Origin: Malacoraja senta
Taxonomy: Eukaryota
Reading direction: 5' to 3'
DNA length: 42,329 bases
Assembly (NCBI GenBank): GCA_038087875.1
Contig: CM075999.1
Location: 4,652,001-4,694,329, forward strand
Below are positions 1-11,422 of this stretch, one piece after another. Under the pieces are notes generated by a model. It did not search any database and was not told the origin of the DNA. It saw only the letters and a list, made by a program, of their open reading frames with translations. Positions within the stretch are counted from its first letter, which is position 1. Each line of letters starts with the position of its first letter. The translations under genes and the position numbers were made by a program.

Positions 1-135
1 AGATAGATCTTGCAATACTAGTACACAGTTATCTGAAAGTGGCAGCAGTTATCTGAAGTGGATAGTTAAGACGACGTTTGACATGTTGCCCTTTATCAGT
101 CAGGGAATTGAGTACAGAACTTGGGAAGTTATGTT

Positions 136-316
136 CTAGGAAGGAACTGCAGATGCTGGTTTAAACTGAAGATAGGAACAAAAAGTTGGAGGAATTCAGC
201 AGGTCAGACAGCATCTCTGGAGAAAAAGAACAGATGACGTTTCGTGTCAAGACCCTTCTTTAGACTGCGAGTCAGGGAATTCTCTCTCAGGGGACTCCAT
301 TGGTTCTCAGTCTGAA
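136..316 (-). mobile_element. Short Penelope-derived terminal-repeat (pLTR-like) insertion with 11-bp TSD and a small inversion
   Basis: Flanked by gaagttatgtt at 125-135 and 317-327. The body is the reverse complement of the 7465-7600 pLTR sequence. cttctttagactg (254-266) is inverted against cagtctgaagaag (308-320). Confidence 0.7.
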
Positions 317-564
317 GAAGTTATGTTATAGTTGTACAAAAGATTGGTGAGACATTTGGAGCATGGTATTCAGTTCTAGTCACCCAATATAGGAAAAATG
401 CCAATATTTGGGGAGACTGCAGAAAAGATTTACGAGGATGTTGCCAGGGCCCAGAACCTAAGCCGCAGGGAGAGGTTAGGCAGGTGAGGACATTATTCCT
501 TGTAGTTCAGAAGGGGATGATGTGCAGAAATACATAAAATCATGAGGTTAATAGATAAGGTCAA

Positions 565-878
565 TGTTTAGTTTAGAGATATATATCATGGAAAGAGTCT
601 TCGGCCAACCAAGTCCACAATGACCATTCATCATCCGTTCACACTAGTTCTATGCTATCCCATCTTCTCATCCAGTCCTTACAAACTAGGGGCAATTTAC
701 AGAGCCCCAAGTCATCCACAAACCCACTTGCCTTTGGGATGAGAGAGGAAACTAGAGCACCCAGAAGAAATCCACATGGCCACAGGTTGAACATTCACAC
801 TCCACATCCAGGGTTAGGATTGAACCCAGGTCTCTGATACTATGAGGCAGCAGCTTCACCAACTGCACTGCTGTACCT
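565..878 (-). mobile_element. tRNA-derived SINE (HE1/V-SINE-like)
   Basis: Reverse complement of the SINE at 8957-9262, with tRNA-like head and (CTAAA)n-like tail. Confidence 0.75.
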
Positions 879-1236
879 TTTTCCTAGGGTACTGAATTCA
901 AGAACTAGAGGACACGGGTTTAAGGTAGGAGGGCAGATTTAATAAGAATCTGAGGGGCAACCTGTTCACACAAAGGATTGGGAGGTGGGGGAAGGAAATG
1001 GAACGAGATGCCAGAGGAAGTGATTGAAGCAGGTACAATAACAACATTTACAATATATTTGTACGGGTACATGGATAGCAAAAGTTTAGAGGGATACAAG
1101 CCAAATGCAGCAAACAGCACTAGCTAAGATGGGGTGCCTTGGTCAACATGGACAAAATGAACAGAAGAACCCGTTTCCATGCTCTGTCTCTACATCCAAG
1201 CACTGATCCCTATGGAACATCATTGATACAGACCTT

Positions 1237-2256
1237 CATATAACCATATAACAATTACAGCATGGAAACAGGCCATCTCGGCCCTTCAAGTCCATGCCGA
1301 ACACTTTTTCTCCCCTAGTCCCATCTACCTGCACTCAGACCATAACCCTCCATTCCTTTCTCGTCCATATATGCATCCAATCTATTTTTAAATGATAAAA
1401 TCAAACCTGCCTCCACCACTTCCACTGGAAGCTCATTCCACACAGCTACCACTCTCTGAGTAAAGAAGTCCCCCCTAATGTTACCCCTAAACTTCTGTCC
1501 CTTAATTCTCAAGTCATGTCCTCTGGTTTGAATCTTCCCTACTCTCAATGGGAAAAGCTTATCCACGTCAACTCTGTCTATCACTCTCATCATTTTAAAG
1601 ACCTCTATCAAGTCCCCCCTTAACCTTCTGCGCTCCAAAGAATAAAGACCTAACTTGTTCAGCCTTTCTCTGTAATTTAGATGCTGAAACCCAGGCAACA
1701 TTCTCATAAATCTCCTCAGTACTCTCTATTTTGTTGACATCCTTCCTATAATTAGGCGACCAAAATTGTACTCCATACTCAGAATTGGCCTCACCAATGC
1801 CTTGTACAATTTTAACATCACATCCCAACTTCTATAGTCAATGCTCTGATTTATAAAGGCCAGCACACCAAAAGCTTTCTTTACCACCCTATCTACACGA
1901 GATTCCACCTTCAGGGAACTATGCACAGTTATTCCTAGATCCCTCTGTTCAACTGCATTCCTCAATTCGCTACCATTTACCATGTACGTCCTATTTTGAT
2001 TTGTCCTGCCAAGATGTAGCACCTCACATTTATCAGCATTAAAATCCATCTGCCATCTTTCAGCCCACTCTTCCAAATGACCTAAATCTCTCTGTAGACT
2101 TTGAAAAGCTACTTCATTATCCACACCACCTATCTTAGTATCATCTGCATACTTACTGATCCAATTTTCCACACCATCATCCAGATCATTGATGTACATG
2201 ACAAACAACAGTGGACCCAACACAGACCCCTGAGGCACCCCACTAGTCACCTTCAA
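1237..2256 (-). mobile_element. 5'-truncated CR1 LINE (RT C-terminal half, frameshifted)
   Basis: ORFs 1726-2256 and 1315-1707 contain GVPQGSVLGP, YADD and LYSLERRRLRGDLIE. Ends in a GGTTATAT-type tail. Nearly identical to 14034-14996. Confidence 0.95.
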
Positions 2257-2513
2257 CCAAAATGAAACCGTTGCACCAAAGATTTAGAGACAATTATGCC
2301 ACAAATCAAAATCATTCCTTAATGTTAGTAGATTTAAATTTTGTATGTTCAATAATAATAGCAATTTTGGAAATCACATTGCAATAGTACCAGAAGTCAA
2401 ACACATGCATGGCATTTTCATAATACCAAGATGCAAATCTACCCCACTCCCATGAAAAAACAATAGACTGGTCAATAATACTAGACAGAAGGCTCCAGGA
2501 ATTATTTTCTTCA

Positions 2514-2690
<177 letters not shown>

Positions 2691-2823
2691 TCAAGGGCTT
2701 GCTGTAATGGAATAGAACAACATGTATTTTACATCACCATCTATATTTCTTGGTATTGAATCACAGGGCTTGTGGAAACTATCATAATAGTAAACATTAG
2801 TTCCATAATCAAAGAATAAACAT

Positions 2824-3335
2824 TGCTGCCTGTCCCAGATTTGCTCCAGCTTTTTGTGTCTATCTTCAACTTAACCAGCATCTGCAGTTCCTTCCTATAC
2901 AAAGTTTAGATGGGACATCTTGGTCAGCATAAACAACTTGGGATGAAGGATCTGTTTCCGTGCTGTATGACTCTAAATGTACTTTCTCCTGGAACTATTT
3001 GAAATTACAAATTACAATTGGCAATTCCATCTGATTAAACTCTTCCGTAGCCCAGAAAATCAATGGTAGTCAGAGGATTGCAAACAACTGTACCCCCCAA
3101 AATTGGCCGTGTTAGCAATTGAAGTGCCATCCGTAACCAAAGTCTGTCCATCCCTTCCACAGATGCCTATCCGCTGAATTCCTCCAGCATTTTGATTTTT
3201 GCTCAAGATTTCAGCCTCTGCAGTTTCTTTTGTCTGTCTTCAACACACCTTGTAGAACTGCTGACGCTGATTAATACACAAAAGGACACAAGGAACGTGG
3301 ATAGGCGACTTTTCGGGTAGAGACACTTCAACTAA
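2824..3335. mobile_element. Intronic fragments of Penelope-derived terminal repeat (both orientations) and a CR1 tail
   Basis: ctccagc...ccagcatctgcagttcct (2844-2892, 3180-3225), a CR1 3' tail at ~2900-2975, and a reverse copy at ~3255-3330. Confidence 0.6.
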
Positions 3336-3777
3336 TTGTTCAGGTAAACTTCTATCTGTATTAGGCAAATACAAGCAATGTATTACTGGTTGCTGAATCT
3401 TTCAGGATGAATACCGACACAGTAATTAATGAGTATACACTAACCAACAGTATATGCAGGCAACTATGCTACAGCGTGCACTTTCCTTTGTCCGATCCTA
3501 CACACACCAGCTCCTGCAACTCGTCGTCAGGGAAACAGCGGGAGAGGTATCGGGGCGAGCTCTGCCACCGCGGCCATCTCCGCAGTGGGGAGGCTCGGGG
3601 CGACACTGGCTTTCAAGTGGGTGCGTCAAGGGAGGAGACCGCCAATGCCGAGCAGCTCCGGCTCCAGCGCCGGGCTGGGTCAGGCCCGAAACACAGGCCC
3701 GGGGAAGCAGCAGAGCGGCCGCTCCCGCGCCTTTCGCGACCACGGCACTAACTCACTGTCTTTCAACGACAACTCAC

Positions 3778-3870
3778 CGGACTTGCGGCGCATCGAGCCC
3801 CGCGTCGCTGACGGTGAACGCGGGGCCGCCGGTGGAGCGGGTGAAGCGGCGGCGCCTCACGTCGAAGTGG
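3778..3870 (-). other. TMEM39B: Predicted TMEM39B exon 1 (5' UTR; start approximate)
   Basis: Canonical donor CCG|GTGAGT after 3778 and a second donor ACA|GTGAGT after 3757. Lies directly downstream of the promoter motifs. Confidence 0.7.
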
Positions 3871-3877
3871 GCCGGGC

Positions 3878-3962
3878 CTTATAACCCAGTGCGCATGCGC
3901 AACAGGAGCGCGCCACACACGCCCGACGCGCTTACGTCACACGCCCATTACCTCACACGCCA
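3878..3962 (-). promoter_or_regulatory. Housekeeping promoter motifs: NRF1, CRE/ATF, SP/KLF
   Basis: Perfect NRF1 palindrome TGCGCATGCGCA at 3890-3901, TTACGTCA at 3932-3939, three CACACGCC(C) motifs between 3916 and 3962, and a weak TATA-like TTATAA at 3879-3884. Confidence 0.75.
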
Positions 3963-3974
3963 TTCGTCCACTCC

Positions 3975-4474
3975 ATGACTTCCATTTTCCAGACCCCCAT
4001 CCCCTCATCTTCACCATGGACGTCCAGTCACTCTACACCTCCATCCCCCACCAGGAGGGTCTCAAAACCCTCCGTTTCTTCCTCAACCGCAGAACCAACC
4101 AATCCCCGTCTACTGATACTCTCCTCCGCCTAGCGGAGTTGGTCCTTACCCTTAATGACTTTTTTTGTTTGACTCCTCCCATTTCCTCCAAATACAAGGC
4201 ATAGTTATGCCCGCCTCTTTGTAGGGTACGTCGAACAATCCTTGTTCGAGACGTACCGTTGCCCCATCCCCGACCTTTACCTCCGCTACATCAACGACTG
4301 CATTGGTGCTACCTCCTGCACCCACACACATCTCACTGACTTCATCCATTTCACCACTAACTTCCATCCGGCACTCAAATGCACCTGGACCATTTCCGAC
4401 ATTTCCCTACCATTTCTAGACCTCACTATCTCCATCGCTGCTGATAAGACTACTGACTGACATCCACTATAAAC
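3975..4474 (+). mobile_element. Penelope-like element, RT fragment (left part)
   Basis: Contains MDVQSLYTSIPHQEGL and YLRYINDC (YIDD-type) motifs plus LPFLDL. Frameshifted. Resumes at 6491. Confidence 0.9.
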
Positions 4475-6490
4475 CAAAGATCCTATAGCGGAGCAAGATG
4501 GACTACTCCTGCGAAAAACACGTAGTACGGTCATGGGCAGACTCATGGGTAATTATAGGACCCATTTCCGTAACCAGCTTCCGTCCATCTTGCTTCCGCC
4601 CAAAGATAGGATCTTTGCTTCCGCCTCCGCACTCATATCCAAAGATCCTATCCACTATAGGATCTTTGCTCGTACCAAAGATTTTATCGGCAATGTAGGC
4701 AACCCGACATGTCTTTCTTCAGGTTCCCCATTAAGGAGGAAAGATAAGAAAACATTTATTACTTCTGTGGCATATTGAAAATTTTATTTAGCCTGTTCAA
4801 TCTCTTACTGTCGTTAGATCATTGAGCTCAGATAGTCGAGTCCTCATGGCAACATCCTTGTAAAAATCTTCTCCTCAAGAGCATTTTCTTTCTACCTCAC
4901 TGTTATTTAATGCAGAATAAGAACATATTGACTCTGTTTTGTACTGAGAATTTTATTAAGTCTGCCCGAACTTTCACTATAGTTCAGATCTTAGAGCTGG
5001 GTGCTCCCCTTTGTCTCAGATACAGTCGAGGCCTCATGGCAACATCCTTGTAAAAATCTTCTCCTCAAGAGCATTTTCTTTCTACCTCTCTGTTATTTAA
5101 TGCAGGATAAGAACATATTGACTGCATGATATTTTCTGTAATTTAAGATGTCGACAGTGGGTCCAGAATACTCGCCGCCATGATCTCCTACACCAAACTG
5201 CGGAATATTTGTAAAATAACTGCCGCCTTATGTACATTGTCTGAAATTGTGATTTGTTAACTGCACAAAACAATGCAAATGCCGATTTATTTATTATTGT
5301 ATCTACGTTGGATGTTTTGCTCTTTGGTGTAAGCAGGGATGGGGCTACCATTGTGTTACATACGTTGAATTGTACATCACTTTCACTGGTTAGCTGATAT
5401 GCTGAACACTGCAGCCCTGTATATCTCACGCACAGAATAATGTGAATTCTGTAAATCTTGCTATGCATGTCAGAAATAAAGTGTGAACCATGTTAATGGA
5501 TTTCTATTATGAATTATTTAAAATTGAGTGGGTTGGTGCAATATTGGTGCCATATGCTGCCAATGTGTCGTTATCAGATACTCAGTGTTAAAAAGAGAAA
5601 TAAATCACAATAAAAGCGAAAAGATGTGCCTTCCACAGCGTGCGGGGAGTCTGGCCCGGATCAGCATGGCTGAGACACCAGAGTGAAGTTGCGGGGAGGT
5701 TTACAATGTTTTTTTATTTAATGTTGTCCCTTGTCTAGTCTGAAATAAAGTTCATCATTGGATATAAAAATCAGAGGAAATGTAAATGTGTGTGTTATAT
5801 GATTATATACATCTATATCACATTCATGTATGTGTGTTCTTTCCAGCACAATCTAATCAGTTGTATGCTCGCTGAATAAAACCATCCTTAAGTTATACAT
5901 CATTTGTAAATCTTGCTCAAAACAAATTTAACTTTCTGAAAAACTTAATATAGATAACCCCACAATTACAGACAGATCTCATTCCACTCTCTGGGTATTG
6001 GGAAGACCAGGCCCATTTTATTGTTGAGAAACAACTCCATAGACACAAAAACATTAAGGAACATTCCAGGGGTAGAGCAACTGGAATCTTCATATTGCTA
6101 TTATTTTGCCAAATACTGCAGTTGTGAACAGTGTGATTAGATGAATGAATTACAGAGTGCAAGTGTAATACAAAATCAACTCAAACACAGCACATGAGCC
6201 ATTAAAAAGAAAAGATTTAAAAAATATTTAAAAAGAAAATTAACAGTCAAAATTTATAAACATTTTATTCTTTAACAAGAATTAACAGAATTATGAACTA
6301 ACAGAATTATGAATCTAACCCTATATCTCACACACAAACTGTTCCCCCGCAACGCTGATTACACTGTGAGTCTGTGTTGGGTCCGGTTACTGAAATGGAC
6401 GAAAAAAAGGCCCACGTTCTGCTCCGTTGCGTAACTACACGTCAGCCCATTGCATTTCGCAGGAGTGGCCTATCCGCTATAGGATCTTTG
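4475..6490. mobile_element. Non-autonomous DNA transposon (hAT-type), 2016 bp
   Basis: Perfect 18-bp TIRs CAAAGATCCTATAGCGGA (4475-4492) and TCCGCTATAGGATCTTTG (6473-6490). 8-bp TSD CTATAAAC at 4467-4474 and 6491-6498. Cleanly splits the Penelope RT. No transposase ORF recognised. Confidence 0.9.
4828..5123 (+). repeat. ~105-bp direct duplication inside the hAT element
   Basis: gtcgag.cctcatggcaacatcc...gaacatattgact occurs at ~4835-4933 and ~5026-5123. Confidence 0.9.
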
Positions 6491-8408
6491 CTATAAACCC
6501 ACTGACTCCCATGGCTATCTGGACTACATTTCTTCCCACCCTGCTTCCTGTAAGGACTCCATCCCCTACTCCCAATTCCTCTGTCTACGCTGCATCTGCA
6601 CCCAGGATGAGGTGTTCCACACCAGGGCATTGGAGATGTCCTCATTCTTCAGGGAACGGGGGTTCCCCTCTTCTACTATAAATGAGGCTCTCACCAGGGT
6701 CTTTTCTATACCCCGTGACTCTGCTCTCACTCCCCATCCCCCCACTCGTAACAAGGGCAGAGTCCCCCTTGTCCTTACCTTCCACCCTACCAGCCTCACA
6801 TACAACAAATAATCCTCCGACATTTTCGCCACCTCCAACGTGATCCCACCACTTGCCACATCTTCCCATCTCCTCCCCTGTCTGCTTTCCACAGAGACCA
6901 CTCCCTCTGTAACTCCCTGGTCAATTCGTCCCTTCCCACCCAAACCACCCCCTCTCTGGGCACCTTCCCTTGCAACCGCAAGAAATGCTACACTTGTCGC
7001 TTTACCTCCCCCCTTGACTCCATTCAGGGACCCAAGCAGTCTTTCCAGCTGCGGTAGAGGTTCACCTGCACCTCCTCCAGCCTCATCTATTGCATCCGCT
7101 GCTCTAGATGTCAGCTGCTCTACATCGGTGAGACCAAGCGTAGGCTTGGCGATCGCTTCGCCCAACACCTCCGCTCGGTTCGCAATAATCAACCTGATTT
7201 CCCGGTGGCTCAGCACTTCAATTCCCCCTCCCATTCCGAATCCGACCTTTCTGTCCTGGGCCTCCTCCATGGCCAGAGTGAGGGCCACTGTAAATTGGAG
7301 GAGCAGCACCTCATATTTCGCTTGGGCAGTTTGCACCCCAGCGGTATGAACATTGACTTCTCTAATTTCAGGTAGTCCTTACTTTATCCTCCTCTTCTCA
7401 GCTCTCCCTCAGCCCTCTGGCTCCACCTCTTCCTTTCTTCCTCCCGCCCCCCCCCCCCCACCCTCACATCAGTCTGAAGAAGGGTTTTCGACCCGAAACT
7501 TTGTCTATTTCCTTCGCTCCATAGATGCTGCCTCACCCATTGAGTTTCTCCAGCATTTTTGTCTACCTTTGATTTTCCAGCATCTGCAGTTCCTTCTTAA
7601 ACATTTTGTCTACTCCACTGCGTAATCTCCTCAAGGTATGCCTACTTTGAAGTTCTCCTCCTCTCTCCGAAGACAGTTTAACAACCTCCTCTCTCTCTGC
7701 CCGCCCCCCCCCCCTGTAATTCCCCCTTCCCTCCAACTCTATGACCACATCTTAACCACAGCCACATTTGCTTTCTTGGGACTTGCCTGTGCCTCCATCT
7801 GGTACCTCACGGGTTCCAGCTCCAGTTCCCGACCTCCCAGTTCGGACCCAACCCGGACTATAGATACCAACTGGCTATCTGCCGCCATACACGGCAATTC
7901 TCCATCCATGCTCTACTCTGGCTGCCATGCGCTGGCACCAGCAGGACCTCGCTTTGACTCTCCCGAAACTTCGGGCTTCACTCATCCGACCTGGAACGGA
8001 CCCCAACTCTACTTCATCCTACGGAAGATCCACGTCTTCAACAAACGATTCCTGGCCCACCTGAACTCCACCAAGGACCTTAAACTCTCCCGCCTCCAGG
8101 CCACTACTTCCACCGACACTCGATCGCCTGCAGGCCCCAGGCCCCAACGCTGGCCTGCGCCGCCTGCCCATGTCCCGCGATGCCATCTTGGCCACGAGGA
8201 GCAGCTCCAGCACTCACCTCCTCCCGGACCAACCTCAGGCCCAGACCACCGAGGACACCACCTTCGCCCACCTCCACGTCGATGCTGCCGCCGATCTTCA
8301 CCCACCAACCGATGACACCGATCCTCGCCGCCTCACCGGGGCCGCCTATTTCCTTCGCTCCATAGATGTTGCCTCACCCGCTGAGTTTCTCCAGCATTTT
8401 TGTCTACC
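6491..8408 (+). mobile_element. Penelope-like element: RT thumb, GIY-YIG endonuclease, pLTR, then start of a tandem copy
   Basis: Manual translation near 7080-7180 gives LIYCIRCSRCQLLYIGETKRRLGDRFAQHL. Stop at ~7376. Terminal repeat at 7465-7600 and a partial one at 8345-8408. ORF 7638-8315 is probably the element's N-terminal region. Confidence 0.9.
7471..7503 (+). ncRNA. Minimal hammerhead-ribozyme motif in the Penelope pLTR (helix III degenerate)
   Basis: CTGAAGA-A-GGGT(tttcg)ACCC-GAAAC. Minimal type I hammerheads are an established feature of PLE terminal repeats. Confidence 0.65.
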
Positions 8409-8409
8409 A

Positions 8410-8590
8410 CAGAAACAGCGACAACAGGTGCATGAGTAGGCCATTAGGCCCTTCCAGCCAGCACCGCCATTCAATATGATCATGGCTGATCATACAGAAT
8501 CAGTATCCCATTCCTGCTTTTTCCCCATATCATTTAATTCCGTTAGCCCTAACAGCTAATTATAACTCTCTCTTGAAAACATCCAGTGAA
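8410..8590 (-). mobile_element. CR1-type 3' tail fragment
   Basis: Reverse complement of the tail family seen at 9420-9582 (gatcagccatgat..., ggctgaatggccta). Confidence 0.7.
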
Positions 8591-8591
8591 T

Positions 8592-8725
8592 AGGGAGTTT
8601 AAGAAGAAACTGCAGATGCTGGAAAATCGAAGGTAGACAAAAATGCTGGAGAAACTCAGCGGGTGAGGCAGCATCTATGGAGCGAAGGAAATAGGCGACG
8701 TTTCGGGTTGAAACCCTTCTTCAAT
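8592..8725 (-). mobile_element. Penelope pLTR copy with hammerhead-like core
   Basis: Near-exact reverse complement of 7475-7603. The minus strand reads TTGAAGAAGGGTTTCAACCCGAAACGTC. Confidence 0.85.
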
Positions 8726-8956
8726 GAATAGGAAGGTTGCACGGTAGTCGAGGTCACGACATGTGACCCGTACTGTTGCTACGCAACGCCAACTGGAGTA
8801 CACGAGGTGAACAGCAGGTAAGCACTTACCATTGTTTCCAGCGTCGCGGACCTGTTAAAACCCGCCGAAATGGTCAATTTTTGCGCTGTAAATAATTATG
8901 GAAATTGGGATAAGCGTGAGAGACATTTATCCTACTTCAAAAATAACAAAAAATGG

Positions 8957-9262
8957 GTCGGCACGGTGGTGCAATGGTAAAGTTGCTGCCAGAGACCCGG
9001 GTTCCATCCTGACTACGGGTGCTGTCTGTACAGAGTTTTCACGTTCTCCCCATGACTGTGTGGGTTTTCTCCAGGTGCTCCGGTTTCATCCCACACTCCA
9101 AAGACGTGCGGGTTTGTAGGTTAATTGCTTTTAGTAATTCGGTAATTGTAAAACTGTCCCTAGTGTGTGGGATAGTGCTAGTGTACGGGGTGATTGCTGG
9201 TCGTTACGGACTCTATGGGCCAAAGGGCCTGTTCCCGTGCTATATCTCTAAACTAAACTCAA
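8957..9262 (+). mobile_element. tRNA-derived SINE (HE1/V-SINE-like)
   Basis: Head ggcacggtggtgcaatggta (A box) and gggttccatcc (B box), central core, and a CR1-like tail ending ctaaactaaac. Confidence 0.85.
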
Positions 9263-9582
9263 AAGATGTTTCCACTAGTGGGAGAGTCTAGGACCAGAGG
9301 GCGCAGCCTCAGAATTAAAGGACATTCCTTTAGGAAGGAGATGAGGAGGAATTTGTTTAGCCAGAGGGTGGTGAATCTGTTGGATTCATTGCCGCAGACG
9401 ACGGTGGAAGCCAAGTCAGTGGATATATTTAAGGCAGAGATAGATAGATTCTTGATTAGTATGGGTGTCAGGGGTTATGGGCAGGAGAATGGGGTTAGGA
9501 GGGAGAGATAGATCAGCCATGATTGAATGGTGAAGTAGACTCGATGGGCTGAATGGCCTAATTCTGATTCTGTGTGTTATGG
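9263..9582 (+). mobile_element. CR1 LINE 3' fragment
   Basis: ORF MFPLVGESRTRGRSLRIKG...FSQRVVNL..SLP is the typical CR1 ORF2 C-terminus, followed by a 3' UTR. Confidence 0.9.
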
Positions 9583-9704
9583 TCTTCTTGGACTTAAGGA
9601 AATGCAAGCAGCCACTTTGTGCAAAGAGCAATGAGTCAACAGAGGGAAATTATTGTCCCTCAGACAACTACTGCCCCAGGTGGATATCATGATTTGTGCA
9701 ACAA

Positions 9705-9825
9705 ACATTGATTGGCCACTGGTGGGCGAAGGGTGAATGTGCTAATTGGCTTGATTGAAGCTGATGAGAAAATTGTCAGCTGTATAAAAGGGGGAGTTGT
9801 GGGAGTGTATGAGTGCAGTTGTCCT
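9705..9825 (+). promoter_or_regulatory. Candidate CCAAT/TATA Pol II promoter (or solo-LTR promoter)
   Basis: ATTGG at 9711 and 9745, GC-box-like ggtgggcg at 9721, TATAAAAG at 9783-9790, and Inr-like GCAGTT at 9815-9820. Confidence 0.4.
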
Positions 9826-10254
9826 GGGCTGTTGTGAGGAGCAGTGGCTCTGAGCTGAAGCAGTGTTCAGGGTAGAGACAGGGAGTCTGTCTTTGTGTTC
9901 AGGGTAGAGACAGGGAGTCTCCCCTTGTGTCTGATGTGGATCTACATCTCCAGGGCATGAGGTCGGTGAGAACACTATCGCTCTCTACTGAATTGTGTTT
10001 GCTTCTTTGATTAATTGTGTTGACTTTTCCTTTTAATTGTGTCATTTGAAGTGTCCAGGGATTTTAATGATTATTTTTTCTGGTGCAACTGGAATTGTGC
10101 TGTTTCTGTGCTGTATCTCCAAACTAAAAATATGTTTCTATTAGGAGAGTCTTGGACCAGAGGGTACAGTGTCAGAAATAAAAGGATGTATCTTTACTAA
10201 AATGATGATACCCTAACCTTATCACAACTGAAATTGAATCTGGCTGATGTAAAT

Positions 10255-10855
10255 GTAGCAACAAAGACCTGTAGATGCTGATTTATACCAAAGATGGACA
10301 CAGTGCTGGAGTAACTGAGTGGGTCAGGCAACATCTCTGGAGAAACAAGAGCTTTTGGGATGGAATAGAACAAGGGTTTTTACCCAAAATATCACCCATC
10401 CTTTTCCTCCAGAGATGGTGCCTGACCTGCTGAGTTTCTCCAGCACTCTTATGGTCTCCTCTATATCCCGCAGCTCTGCTCTTACTCCCCATCCCCCTAC
10501 TCGTAACAAGGACAGAGTCCCCCATGTCCTCGCCTTCCACCTTATGAGCCGTCACATACAACAGATAATCCTCTGACATTTTTGCCACCTCCAATGGGAT
10601 CCCACCACTGGCCTCATCTTCCCATTCTCCAATTTCAGTGGTTTCTCCCTCCTTCCCCTTCCCAGCTCTCGCATAGCCTACTGTCTCCGCCTCTTCCTTT
10701 CTTTATCCCGCCCCCATCCCAACATCAGTCTGAAGAAGGCTCGACCTGAAACGTCATCTATTCCTTCTCTCCATAGATGCTGGCTGACCTGCTGAGTTAC
10801 TCCAGCATTTTTGTCTACCTTTGATATCTGCAGTATGTGTAGTTCTTTCTTAAAC
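10255..10855. mobile_element. Penelope-derived fragments: inverted pair (10301-10447), internal ORF piece, pLTR
   Basis: 10450-10630 matches 6700-6870, and 10720-10850 matches the pLTR. Confidence 0.8.
10727..10757 (+). ncRNA. Minimal hammerhead-ribozyme motif with intact core
   Basis: CTGAAGA-AGG(ctcga)CCT-GAAACGTC: both conserved boxes, palindromic ACGT helix III and a GUC triplet. Confidence 0.65.
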
Positions 10856-10856
10856 C

Positions 10857-10995
10857 ACACGGTGGGAGTGTTGACCACAAACTAGATGGGTCTGCAATGT
10901 GGCGGATCACTACAGGGTGAGAGTGTTGACCACAAATTGGACGGGGCTGCAGTGCGGCGGATCTCCACGGTGTGAGTGTTGTCCACAAATTGGAG
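10857..10995 (+). repeat. ~55-bp tandem repeat, 2.5 diverged copies
   Basis: gagtgttg(a/t)ccacaaa recurs three times. Confidence 0.8.
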
Positions 10996-11292
10996 TGACC
11001 TATTATGTGAATTTACTGCACATTGTCTACAAATTGGATATAGTGCTCTTTACTGCAAAATGGTTCTTTATTGCTCTGTGACCCTTTTCCTTTCCCTGTA
11101 ATGCACCCATTGCCCAGATGCCAAACTTAGTAAAAACCCTGAAACCAGGGAAGATTTGGGATGAAAATCAAGCAGGTGCTGGTTTACAAAAAAGACACAA
11201 AGTGCTGGAGTAACTCAGCGGGTCAGGCAGCATCTGTGGAGAACATGGATAGGTGACGTTTCACAATGTGCTGGAGTAACTCAGTGGGTCGT

Positions 11293-11422
11293 GTTTGATG
11301 CCCATTGTAAAGAGTACAGCATTGGGCAGCTCAGTCAGTGAGTCCACTGTTTGTACAGGGTTTGATGTCCATTGTAAAGAGTACAGCATTGGGCAATTCA
11401 GTCAGGGAGTCCACTGTTTGTG
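11293..11422 (+). repeat. 67-bp tandem duplication
   Basis: gtttgatg.ccattgtaaagagtacagcattgggca...gagtccactgtttgt occurs twice. Confidence 0.9.

Larger units (their letters stand above)
15..1190 (+). mobile_element. Old degenerate CR1-type LINE 3' fragment, interrupted by two insertions (136-316 and ~565-878)
   Basis: Segments 15-135, 328-565 and 880-1190 are diverged, reverse-complement matches to the younger CR1 copies at 1237-2256 and 13898-15000 (e.g. tttacgaggatgttgccaggg, agaactagaggaca, gaggaagtgattgaagcagg). Confidence 0.75.
3520..3975. promoter_or_regulatory. TMEM39B: CpG island spanning the TMEM39B promoter, exon 1 and start of intron 1
   Basis: Abrupt high-GC, CpG-dense unique segment in an otherwise CpG-depleted background, ~0.8-1.3 kb upstream of the coding exon. 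Confidence 0.9.

Noticed and set aside
3407..3978. Overlapping ORFs in the CpG island
   Set aside because: Stop-poor GC-rich sequence; better explained as the TMEM39B promoter and exon 1.
5097..6162. Transposase remnants in the hAT element
   Set aside because: The short ORFs show no BED finger, DDE or hAT dimerisation motifs that I can recognise.
6566..7349. 256-aa minus-strand and 169-aa plus-strand ORFs
   Set aside because: Antisense and off-frame shadows of the Penelope coding region.
8957..9015. tRNA gene
   Set aside because: A/B boxes belong to a SINE head; no complete cloverleaf.
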